In this document: positions 38,276 to 50,587 of the stretch, one piece after another
How positions within the stretch are numbered: position 1 is the stretch's first letter
How the letters are laid out: every line of letters begins with the position of its first letter
The notes under the pieces: generated by a model
The model's database searches: none
Seen by the model: the letters and a program-made list of their open reading frames with translations, nothing else
What the model was told of the DNA's origin: nothing
Position numbers and translations under genes: made by a program
Source: Trichoplax adhaerens
Taxonomy: Eukaryota; Animalia; Placozoa
Assembly (NCBI RefSeq): GCF_000150275.1
Contig: NW_002060943.1
Coordinates: forward strand, 6,254,299-6,318,298
Reading direction: 5' to 3'
DNA: 64,000 bases

Positions 38276-39852
38276 ATGCCTAACTTCAATACACATTATC
38301 CAAAGAATATACCCAAGATAGACAGTACTGTTGTACCTATTCTATAGTGTATTGGCTATGCTATACGTGCTTTTAATCATTCTGAAATTATTTGTTACTA
38401 TCATAAATTCATCAATACATTCTAAGTAAAGTCAATTTTAGACATACTGTATATCTTTCATAGCGTTGCAGTCGCTGCCAATGACTATCACTACATACTG
38501 TAGAGCGGTTATGCGGTAATTTCATGCTGTCGACGGTCCATCAAATAGTGTATTAACAGACGGTTATCGATACCCAATATTATATATATAATTATTGGAA
38601 TTTTTTGTAATAACAGTAAAAATATGCCTTGTGCAATAATAGCATACTCTTAGAGTGAAAATACAACATGCGCAGCCGAGAATAAATGCAGGCATATTAA
38701 AAATTGGCCATACGTGTAGAATGTTATAGGAGTTCTACATATGATTATATGCTTATAATTTTGTTATCGAATTGACGACCTGCAAATTGCCTACATGAAT
38801 GCTAACCTCAAGAGAATACAGCATAACGCGGTATTCAACTAGAATTCAAAACTTTACATTTTCAACTTCTCTACCTTGCATTGATCTAGATATAATATGC
38901 AAATTTAGTATAATCATCATAAGTAGCTCAGATAATTCTAAAGGTACAAACTATACGATGATAGTTTCCATAAACCTTCACTTTACTAGTAAAATGCGTA
39001 CGGCAATTGTAAGTTGATTGATTAGTACTGTCATATCATGAGTATTATTACGCCTAGTGCCCACAATAATTACTGCAACAGCTATGGAAGGAAACTAATC
39101 ATTTTATTTCTTACATCAGTCAATGAGAAAAACTTCGATTATGGATAGTGGCAGAGTTCAGTCACGAATACTCTTTGCATTTATGAACAGTAAATGTCGG
39201 TGTAACGCTATACAGCAACAACTTTTCTCCAAATAAGTTGATTGTAGCGAAAATCGTTTCATTCTAAAAATTAGCTTCAACAATTTGAACTTACATTATA
39301 CTATAAAATTGTTGTAGAAAGATTAAATTCTATGTCTAATATTAATTCAAAAACTTTGAATATTGCGCTGATAAAATACTGTATAAAGACCAGAAAACAG
39401 GAAATATTATGTAATCATATCGATTAATATGGACCATAAATTCTAACAATGACTATTTTCCTATTCATCACCAAAAAGTAGGACATAAAACCAGACGCTT
39501 TGTAAGAATGATCTTTAGTTATTCTGAGATCGTCTTCACCAAATGGTTTAGCCTAAAAATAGGGCTTTAATCTATTATTACGAAAGGTATCTATACTAGA
39601 GTTGAATACTTTCAATGTAGACCGGTTAATTTTAGAAATTAAATGAATAAACCATCATTCACTTCATATTTCGTACTGTACATCAAGTCGACACTTTTAC
39701 TCATAGCCAGGGCAATTGCTTTATTGCAGTTGCCCAGTGCCATTACATAAGGCAATTACTATTTTACAAGCTTGACGCAATAAAAAATTTCCATATCATC
39801 GTTACAGTAAATATCTTTCGGAAAAATGTAAATATGATGACGTGTTGACTTT

Positions 39853-42800
39853 TCAAATAAGGTTTTCCTCGCGGGATTTTAGATTATTGCTATATAGCCA
39901 TCCATCCCCACGCTTTTGGAAATACTAAAGTCAACAAGTATTATAATTATTTCACTATCAAAATAATTTATTTGTACTGTTATCGAAATCGACTCAAAAC
40001 GACCAAAGAGGCATATAGTAGTATTCGCTACCTTTGTTTCCCATTCTTTATTTTCCTCTTTTCGCTGCCGAGCCTCACTTCGCTGACGATCCTCGAGCTG
40101 TTTAAAAATTTACACGTTAAAAATAAAACGATTGCTAGTAAGAGAAGTTTACGCTTATAGACAATTGAAGTTAAAAAAAGTCGTTTGGTTAACATAAAAT
40201 TGTATAGCATGACTAACAGTCCTCTTATATTTCGTTGCACTGTCTACATCTTTATTTTTTAGAGCCTTGGTAACATGTCTCCATAAACGTCGGGACTCAA
40301 ATTCTCCTTGAGATCGCAGTGGCTGAACAATTTTACTAACTACAGGTAATGCTTTAGTATTTATCACTTTATTGACCTATAATATAAAATTGGGTGATTT
40401 GTTAGCATCGTCGAAATTTATTGCTTTATTCATACAGTTTTGAAGAGCTTAATCCCTAAATCTCTTAACAAATACAGTCTCAATCATACTTCAGCCGTAT
40501 CAGTGATTTCCATGGTGCCATTCCATTCTCCATTGATCCGATACATAATCTGTCCTGAAGGATGCCTGTATCACAAATCAGTTCTATAATGTTATTTTAT
40601 TCAATACCAATGTTAATTCACTGTCTATGGCTCAATCTTACTCACTTAATATCTCCTGATATTCGATTTATCTTTCCTCCATAGAACGGCTACATATGGA
40701 AATAAAGCGAAACTATGAGATTGCAATTTAAAAATTAATTACAGTAATAATGCCGCACTACCTTTGTATGAAACGTAAGTGCAGCTGAATAATTAGTTGC
40801 AGCACATTCCACTGTTACTTTGCCACCGAGTTCAACCCAAGGCACCGTTAAAATTGATCTACGAAGAACATACAGGTATAATTAGTTATAGTATTGACAC
40901 ATAGTTATCCAAAATGTATTACTTGACTGCTAATCAACTACAGCAACTTCACCTGCAATATGCGCTCGGTAATGTAAAAACGTAATCTTCTCCAAAATCT
41001 ATGAGACTAAGTACAGCTTCACCTACATTCGCAACCCCTATTGATATCCCTTGAAACTTGGATTTAGTCCAAATGTGTGCATTGAGGCACATACGCTTAC
41101 TCTCACATTCGGCATAAAATCCGGATACTTAATACAGGCGTAAAATACGGAAAATTAAACAGTAGCAGCTGTCATACTAGAAGATACTGATTCGAAATTT
41201 TCTGGTATGATATCAAATGATTTTTCTTCTTACCGGGAGGATGATGGGAAACTTGTTCAGCCACGAAGGACAAATCACCGGTTTGCGGTGGTCCTCCTAG
41301 ATCGTTTTGTACGTTGTTTAAGTTCCAAGAGCAGTGAAAAGTTTCCCCAATTATAGGATTGTAAGGCTTTTTCGCTACTGATCCCTTTCTTCCTGAGTGA
41401 AATGACGTCAAGTACCATTCTATTACGTAAAGCATTCTTTCCTTCGGCGTTAATCCATCCACAATGCGAAGAAAAAGATCAGGATGGGCAAAGAAATCGG
41501 CATACATTTCCAGTAATGATCTCCTTTCTAGAATAAATGTTGGCAAAGTAACCTGAAAGTACCGAGAAATATCAAAATTTTTAAGTAAAAACAGTAAATG
41601 TAGTTACAATTAGGTATATCTACACACTTAGTCCAGTGATAACAATTACAGCATCTCATTAATAACTATAGGAGATAAATTAGGTATAAGTACTCTTGCT
41701 TAACCTTTGTCAAATCCATTCCAAGCTTAAGTTGTCCTAGTAAATGCATTATTACGCTTTTATGCTCTTCACCAGTATCACTACTTTCGTCCGCATCGTC
41801 ACCATAAATATCATCTAAAATTTATTAAGAAAAATATGATAACATTGAATGAAATAATAATCATAATATATTTTATCAGTCTTTAAGCAAAACGATTACG
41901 TGTCTATTTAGTTGTCACTGACCTAGATCCAGTGTCTCATCGATATCTGTATTCGATATTAGTTGTGATCCCTGTTGTGACTGCAGGTCGATAACAGCTC
42001 CAAATTGAATGTTACTGCTTTTATCTAAATAAAATAGTACACAGATAGTGTAATGACTTTTTTATGCACTCCACGCACATCTACACTGACATTACTATAG
42101 TATTAATCAACATTTAGTAATTTACTCTACCTGAGGCAGCAATGACTCCTTGGTTTTCCTGTGACTCATTTGCCATTTCAAATAATACTTCATTATCTGA
42201 TTCTTCGGATATTTGACTTGAATCTTTTCTTGTCCTCGGATTTTCTGCATTATTCAATACTGATTTAGTAGTATTTGATACATTTATATTATTAGCAGTA
42301 TTTTGGTCGGCTGGAATGGTGTGTATTGAGGATTCTTTAGTTTCTGAAGACACCTTCATTTCATCAGAGAATAATTCCTTTTTAGCTTGTGGATTGACCG
42401 CAGACGTTTTGATCGAAATGTTTGCAGCCTTAGCATCCTTCTGATTGTCAGATGGATTACGTTGTGGAGTATACCATTTAATGGTATTACCGGCGGGCAG
42501 ACCAGCCATATGTTGTTGCTAATTTTAGAGTAATATTAAGCAATCATAACTTAAATATTAGAGTTTGGCTATTCAGTGAAAGTAACTTAAATTAATTTAC
42601 TTTACTTACTTCAGCAACTCGTTGTTGTAAAAGTTTGGCACAATCGCTAAGAACGTCAATCGTAGCTGCTGAAGTAGCATTTAAGAGCAACACGATATCA
42701 TCAACAATGTTTAGTGCTCCTCCACTTAACGGGCATCTCTATATATTATAATAGATATACTTTATAGACAACATTTAAGTATAGTATACAATTACTGAGA

Positions 42801-45180
42801 TTGTCGAAATTAACCTCAAGGCGTTCCCGAAAATTTAAACAGTGCACTTCAGCATTGCTTAAAAGTTTTTTCAATTTTGCGTCTAAAGCGGTGCTTCCGC
42901 CTGTCGATGAACGTCTCGTTGCAAAAGGTGGCCGCTCTTTCGATCTGAAACTTGGTGTGTAGCTCATAAGAGATGTAATACGACTGCCAATAGTTTGAGG
43001 TTGCGTCACATTCTGATTATCGGAATGACTATTTATTTGGCGTGTATTATTACTAGCTGCTGCTACATGTGGAGCTTGCACATTTGGAGGTTCGTTTGGA
43101 GATGGTGGTGGTGGTCTTGTAGGGACTTGTGGTACTACTGATTTTCGTGCAGGTGTGGGTGCATTCGTAGTAGAAAGATGAGGCTTGTAGAAAGGCAAAG
43201 AATTGGATTATCATTTCAGAGAAGGATACAATAGCACGAATTGTTAATTATAATAATACCAGAGCAATTTTCTTTGTATGATGCTCAGCACACTTCCTAA
43301 GACGTAAGATCCAAGCCTGACGGCTTTTAGCATCAGCAGCTGCAATAGTAATTATTATTTAAGAAAATATTTAATATTGGCTTGCTAAGAGTAGTCTGTT
43401 TCTGTCTTATTATTACATCAGCAGATGTAATAATAACTCTTATTTGAGATAACGGATAGTATTCAGTTTTTAAGGATAGTCTGCTTTCGCCTTACTTTGG
43501 ACGTAAAGTGTGCTAAACATTAGCAATACATGAACGCATAACTGCTTATGTCTATCGTAATGAGCTAAAATGAAAGACATTGCAATTATATATCCTAATA
43601 TAATAGATAAGCTTTTACAGCTTAACGCTCTCTTTTATCTTTAATTTATAGTTATCATTAGGCTACCTACTACTTGATGCAGTGAACCAGGTAATAGATG
43701 TAAGCATGAAAATCCAGTAGCTAAGTACAGAGTGTTACTGTAGACAGCAAGCTCACCTTTAATTTTGTAAACTTCTGCCGTTGAAGCGTGAATACCAAAT
43801 GATTGAGAATCTTCATCACTAGGAGAAATTAAAGCGCCCTAAAAGCATTATATCATATCATAGACAGAAAGTTGGAAGAATTTAGCGTGAATACCATAAA
43901 ATTGCATCCACATTAATGATGGTTCTATCTATTCTACAGCATATTAAAATGCCAGCACAGAAGGAGTATTCTTATATGTTATAAAACAAAAATGCACCAC
44001 TGTTCAGCTTATTAAGTACTACTATACCCTAAAACCGGTCCAAAAGATCTCACACTAGTGTAATAATATAAACTGAGATACTTACCGATAAAGGTAAGGA
44101 TCCACGGGGATTGTTTTGCTTTCTTTTATCTTCTGTCTAAGAATCATAAAGAAGAATAAATGATGAAATCACTAGCCTTAATTCCAGTACATTTTGACGG
44201 TATTTGAATTCTCCTAGACTGTCTTGCAGTCGTTTGAGTTATTTCTCGAAAATAGTACACACTTTAGGTATACGGTAATTTAGGATAACTCGGTAAATAA
44301 TATTAATTAAGGGTACTTGGTAGGATGGAGTCTATTGCAAGACAGTAAACTGCCAATCCTAACAGTGTGAACTAGATGGGAATCGAACATTTTGTGCTCT
44401 CTACCCTAAAGTAATAGTAGCCATAATTCAGTAGGTGCTGTAGGAAATAATGCAAATATTAAGTGCATACTCGTATACAGTTTTCGTTGAAACCGGCCTA
44501 AGGAGGCTATTACTAAGTGATGCTGTTAAAATTATTGGGGATGGATCACTACTAATTTAAATTTATCGCCTATCGTGAAAAGGTAATACTGTAAAATTGA
44601 TTTTTTCAGTGTCAGTAGAGAATACTAATGTCTGTTGTGCGTATGTACCAGTTTCTACAGCAATTCTATATTTCCGTAATGGATTAGATACCCGACTCAC
44701 ATCATGCAATAAGAATACGGGTGTATAATATGCTATCAATATCCATAAACACTTACCAGGAAATAGGTTAGGGTACCCTTTTGGAAATCCAAAACGAACC
44801 ATCTATTTTGCCACCCTTTTACCACGTTGGTGTATTTTAACAAGGATCCTTCGTAAACTTTACTAAATTGCCATAGACATAACATTGAATGAGGGAATAT
44901 GATGCAGTTATACAATGCAATATATACGAATATCGGCTTTGATCATGATAGTATCTTAATATTCAATATGGAACTACGAATATTGAAGATAAGTAGAAGA
45001 GATTACACGATAGTACTGATCTAAGCGTAGATTATATTTTAAAGTTATGCGGTATGTGCAAAGAACTACTATTTAGACAGTTTTATGTGAACGCTACAAT
45101 AACCTAAGTAATTGGCATAAGATATAGTAGTGCATGATAAAGAGACATTTTTATACAGAATATGCGGTAACATACCTCAT
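39853..45180 (-). CDS. Oxysterol-binding protein-related protein, ORP9/10/11 clade (PH + ORD), multi-exon
   Basis: PH exons [22 protein letters not shown] (44862-44757), 44136-44086 and [14 protein letters not shown] (43838-43757). ORD exons [47 protein letters not shown] and the OSBP signature EQVSHHPP. Stop at 39853. The start is inferred from a 5-nt coding exon ATGAG|GT at 45180-45176. Confidence 0.9.
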
Positions 45181-45201
45181 GACTGTTTGCTCTTCAAAGG
45201 T

Positions 45202-45231
45202 CTAAGATTGGATGCGATGCGGTGTTGCCAT
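45202..45231 (-). promoter_or_regulatory. Candidate uORF (MATPHRIQS*) ending 21 nt before the inferred ORP start
   Basis: aacATGG context; TAG at 45204-45202. Confidence 0.3.
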
Positions 45232-46713
45232 GTTGATAGATTCATGGAAAAAAAATTGATTTTAGCCTTGTTACTGCTGATACTTAATAAATTAAAACAA
45301 AGTTGTTCAAAGCACAGTAGTCATTTGCGATTAATGGACTGAACTGTCTTCGTGTCAATGCAATAGAGAATAGCAACAATTTAACATTGATACTGTACAG
45401 TAGTTTAATAATTTAGGACCTATATAGAAATTTTAAGGCGTTTCTATTTAAAAAATGGTGCCCACTACAACGTAGAAGATGCTTCAAGGTCCAGTAATCC
45501 ATATCATTTTCCGCTCTAAGAAAAGAGATCCAGTATAACGTACACTAGTACATTAAGTGAGTGCGTGCCAGAGTCCTGCAACTAGGTTCTGGAAGTTTAT
45601 GATTCAGTCTTAATTTAAATTACATACTATCGCTATAGCAATCGTTTGATCGATTTTAAAAGCTTCTTTAGTTCGAACAAATTATAATTATTATTGCAAG
45701 GCATGAATGACGGAAGGGACCCAGATTTCTATAGCGCAATTTATCGATGTCGTGATGATAATATAATATCGGGAAGGCCTGATCGATCGCTAACAACACC
45801 ATTAGGGCGTTCATTGAGGATTTTATATTGGACTAGTCGTATTGATACAGTGATGTAATGATTACTAATGTACATGGAATTAAGTTATCAGCGGTAGCCA
45901 CTGCTACATCGGTTACCAAAAGCAAAAACTGACAACAGTAAAATGTCGATTAAAACTGGCCAATGTGCGAGTAGTAATCGTCACTTCATGATCGATTTAT
46001 CTAATGATCTCTATCGCATTTCATACTTTACTATGTATAAGATACATGCCATCAATAAGACCTTTCTATTAACTTACTTGAACAGGAACGATAATTTATA
46101 AGGTTGTAAAACCAATTCTAATCGCATTTAATGGCGAATAAAATGGATAGTTGTAACAATCATGATAGGGAAAGAGAAGAGCCGTCATCGAAATTGCTAT
46201 TGGAAGCAATGTAGACTACCGTCCTTACTACAAGATTGGACTAGTGAATACTGCAATCCTATCATGTAAGTTATACCGTATGCAACTCTCGGTCTAGTAT
46301 AGTACAGTACCTTGTCAACAGTGGCATGGCAAGTAGCTGAATAACAGCCGACTCTTCTATTTCTGAAGCTGAATCAATTTCAAAATGGCTCTTTCAAATC
46401 TTATTATCCTAATTTGGTGGCCTATATGGGGCCCATACGAGAGTCCATTGATTGAAAGAGCTATTCTAATTGGATTGAGACATTACAATTAGCATCATGA
46501 TGCATTTCTGCCCTTGTGATGATGTGCATTGACACAACAGTGGAGAGTTATAAGATAATTCAATCTTGAAATCTTCATTAATTTATAAAGTATCAACACA
46601 ACACCAATAGCCAAGTTGCTAGTGATAAATTACGTCATGGAGGATAATTGTCATTTAGAATTGATTTGATTTTATTGACTAGTATCTACAATTCTTTCTC
46701 CGTGTAACAGCAG

Positions 46714-46913
46714 GCGTCAAGGTGGATTCTGTTTTATTTTTGATCAACTTTAACTGTCGTTTGATGTACAACATGCAGTATGAGTACTTTAAAAGCAATT
46801 GTATCCACCGTTCCTTTTTGGTGTAAGGGGAGACGTCAAGATGGATTCTGTTTTATTTTTCATCAACTTCAGCTGTCGTTTGATGTACAACATACAGAGT
46901 ACTTTAAAAGCAA
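46714..46913. repeat. Direct repeat of ~85 bp with a period of ~119 bp
   Basis: cgtcaag.tggattctgttttattttt.atcaactt.a.ctgtcgtttgatgtacaacat...gagtactttaaaagcaa occurs twice. Confidence 0.9.
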
Positions 46914-47882
46914 AGTGGCCCATAGAGCTGAAGGATACGTTTGGTAGTTATTATTGTCATGATCGTCGCGTAGAATGAGTCTAATTGTATCCTTCTACAC
47001 CAATCATGAAGAGTGATTTCTACTGATGAATTTATAAATTAATTAATTAATGAAGTAGGATAATACGCGACAAAGACTATCGGTACATGTTTTAAAGCGA
47101 TTAGGTCGATTCTTTATTTAGGACGAATGTGTTGTAGTAAAATCGTATCCAGACTTAGGGTAGCCAATCGTCACGGCAGTATTCTACACTCGTCCGATAT
47201 TGCCCTTACTATCGACTACTAGTTCGTGCTCTTAGCGAGTGCCCCCCAAAAACTGTAAAGGCACCCTACAGAGGCATTCTTTGAGATAGTTGCGTTAATA
47301 AACTTAAATTAAAGGAATGAACTCAACCCTGAAGTGAAGGAAAAGTGTTTCTTCTTGACTTTATCCCCAAACTCAATTATCTAAATATTTGATGAAACTT
47401 TGATCACTGATAATGAATTCGTGGAAATGTCGATCGCATTGTAAATACAATCGAGTACAAGGCAAATCCGTCCAATAAACATTGTTGACTAAGCTTGATC
47501 CTTCCTCTTTAGCTTGAAATAGAATTTTATCAAGGCCATCGCGTGAACTAGACAATTTAAAAGGCTAACTCGACGGGATTTTGCAATCTGTCGTAGTTCA
47601 TCTATCCCTTTCATTGGTGATGCAGAATTGGCAAAAATAGCTCTAGCTACACCCCCCTCGTTGATCAAGTCTTACCAAAAATAGTCCCCCCTCCCTCCCC
47701 CAAAGTATCCAACGGCATGTTAGCCTATTTCTAATCATTGAAGACTATATCAAGAGCTATTCAAGCAATATTTGGTGATGTTGCAAAAGGCAAGAGAGTA
47801 ACTTGTATGGCATATAAATAGCAAATTGAAAATAAGATCATCGTGTTACTGTATCTAGGGATAGAATTGTTGCCCACTCTAC

Positions 47883-48005
47883 CTTTGCTCGTTGCATCAC
47901 GGCCAATATTGCACTCTGTTCTTCTTTGCTGAGTTTATCATTATTCTGAATCAACGATGGCTGCAACACTTCAGGTTCTATTTCAGGTTCCATTTCAGAT
48001 TCCAT
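47883..48005 (-). CDS. Orphan first coding exon encoding a RIM/Piccolo/Slp-like Rab-binding helix (MESE...KLSKEEQSAILAVMQRAK)
   Basis: ATG at 48005, 41 codons, donor AAG|GTAGAG. LSKEEQSAILAVMQRA resembles the L(S/T)EEERxxIxAVMxR helix of RIM and Piccolo. Confidence 0.6.
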
Positions 48006-48616
48006 TATCCTTGAAAAATTGGGTCCTACTAAACTAGATGACAAGAAGAGAAAATTGAAATCGAGATCAGCTGCAACAAATGGACGAGCTGTTGTTGATC
48101 AACGGCGATCGCTTTCAGCTGGTTTTCAAACTCCACGGCGCAACTCGCTGCTGCGTAATACAGTCATGTAGGGAAAGAAATCGCCCTTCGATTCTCGCTT
48201 AATTTGGACTATTTATCCACTTCCGATTGGATCGAGCTATCGACGGTCCCATACTGGCGTCTAGTGCTGCAATAGACGTACTGAAATGGCGATGTACACT
48301 ATAGGCATTGGTAGAGTTGGAGGCTAGCTAAGGCATATCGCTATGGCTAAGGAGATGGTAGCAAATTAATTAATTCAATCAGCGATCGAAAGTGGATAAT
48401 CTACGGTCGAGAACTGCCATTGCTTGGACCAATTATCCCACTACTATCCTGTTCAGCGGGTATTCTAGCTGTCGAGCAGGCATGATACCACTCACTTAGA
48501 GCAGGGACTAGTTTTCCTTTTAAAATTCCCTTTCCTACGAGTCAATATATTGGCATAGATAAGTTACAAGATGATGATCCAATGCCATCAGCTTGATGAT
48601 GCTACGATAGTACAGC

Positions 48617-48937
48617 AAGCATCGCAACGACAAGCTTGCACTAATGCAAAATTTCCCGATTCCAATATACGCGTAGTTCTCTTTTAGTCAACTCAGTCAG
48701 TCATCAATCCATTTTAAAGTGGATATACTGTAGTATAATGTCTACTTTATTTTCTATTTTGAAGCAATGAGTTCTAAAGCATCGCAACGACAAGCTTGCA
48801 CTAATGCAAAATTTCTCGATTCCAATACACGCATAGTTCTCTTTTAGTCAACTCAATCAGTCATCAATCCATTTTTAAAGTGGATATACTGTAGTATAAT
48901 GTCTACTTTATTTTCTATTTTGAAGCAATGAGTTCTA
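48617..48937. repeat. Near-perfect ~160-bp tandem duplication
   Basis: aagcatcgcaacgacaagcttgcactaatgcaaaattt...gaagcaatgagttcta occurs twice with few differences. Confidence 0.95.
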
Positions 48938-50117
48938 CTCCGCGAGTAAGATTTGTAACTAACTTTAATATTAAAAATGCTGGGTATTTATACTGTAGAT
49001 ATTTCAGCTTGCACCTTTTGCCTTTTTGTGTTGTGGCATTTAACACATACATCCAATGACTAACTATGATAGCTATCGTTTACTTTACAACAGATGCATG
49101 CATATACGGTATATAGAATAAATTATTAGTCCGTCTTTTACAATATATAATCATGTACGGTATTACAAGACTACAAATACAAATCATCATATCCTAAGTA
49201 CTTATATAGATGATATGCTAATCATATACTTCACGCTCTATCCAATACCGAGTGTAACATACATCGTAATATCCAACACTATTTACAACACTTTAAGGGA
49301 CAGATCATCAAGGCCAATTACAATTAGAATTAACCCCCTTTCAAATTATTTATGCTTCGTATTGATGATACGGAATGACTTACTCGTGTGGAGTTATTTG
49401 TATATCACGCTTTAGAGCATTCAATTCGTACAGTTAGTCAAACTTTATACACGCCCTTTTGATGGCCCATTCTTAACGTTATTTGCCAATACAATCATTA
49501 TTTCGATGAAATTGCTGAATATTTTGCATGCCCTAATAACAATACTCTCAATCATTACCTCATGGAGAAAGCAATAATAATTAATATGATATAGTATAGC
49601 AAATAGGATTGATGAAAGAATAATAATAAACCTACAATGATGTGTATTATTAATGATGACAGCAAACGCTGGTACCTGCTAGCAGGTCCCTTCATTATGA
49701 TGACTATGCCATTGCCATCATTACATGAATCAACGCTGATCAACAAGCATAGAATCTTCCATCGCATCAATTAAACAAAATAGCCTTGAATACGTAATAG
49801 ATTGAGAATAAACTAGTGGGTCAAATACTTTAGTTAACATGGTTTTGACTGACGGCATCCATTGCTGAACAACAGCAAGTTACTCAAATTAAATCAACTA
49901 AACTTTATTTGCTATCGAATATCAAAATACTTTCATGGCTAGACCAAACATAACCTACCGACCAGAAATTCACGACAGTAGTACTAAACTGGTTGAATTG
50001 CTAGCTAAAATATTCCTATACGCCTTGAAAATTGCGATATTATCTTCTGTATAGACTCGCTGGTCGTAGAGACATTGTCTTACAAGTAGGCAGGCAGCCA
50101 TAGTCAATGGTTTAGGG

Positions 50118-50130
50118 GTCGCATAGCAAC
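50118..50130. promoter_or_regulatory. RFX X-box-like motif upstream of the ankyrin gene
   Basis: GTCGCATAGCAAC, about 460 bp before the ATG. Confidence 0.4.
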
Positions 50131-50587
50131 CGAATAAATTATATTAATTCGTTGCAAAGGAAGACAACGTTACTTTAGAGAATAATTAATTAGCCCAGCA
50201 GCCATTTCCCATTTTAAAAATTAGCTTAGTAATAAGAAGGATTATCAAATAATATTTAATGTCATTTTAAGACTACCTTAATACTTTAATTCACTTGTCG
50301 TCCGATAACATCGAATCTTCTTAAATTGAATTTTATTTTATTCATTGGTGGCCGCACTCCATACATTTATAAAGATCGTTGAATAAATTCAAGGTTAATA
50401 ACAGACTTACTGAATTATCCTGTTTTGTATTACTACCTACTATAAATTCTAGTGTTATCAATCGACGATTCAAATAGAATTTATATTCTTATCAACTTCA
50501 AGACAGGCTTTTGCTGAATGGTAAAATAAGATTAAATAAAATTATTAATTGATTGCCCAATAAGCTTGGAATGTACATACAGTAGTG

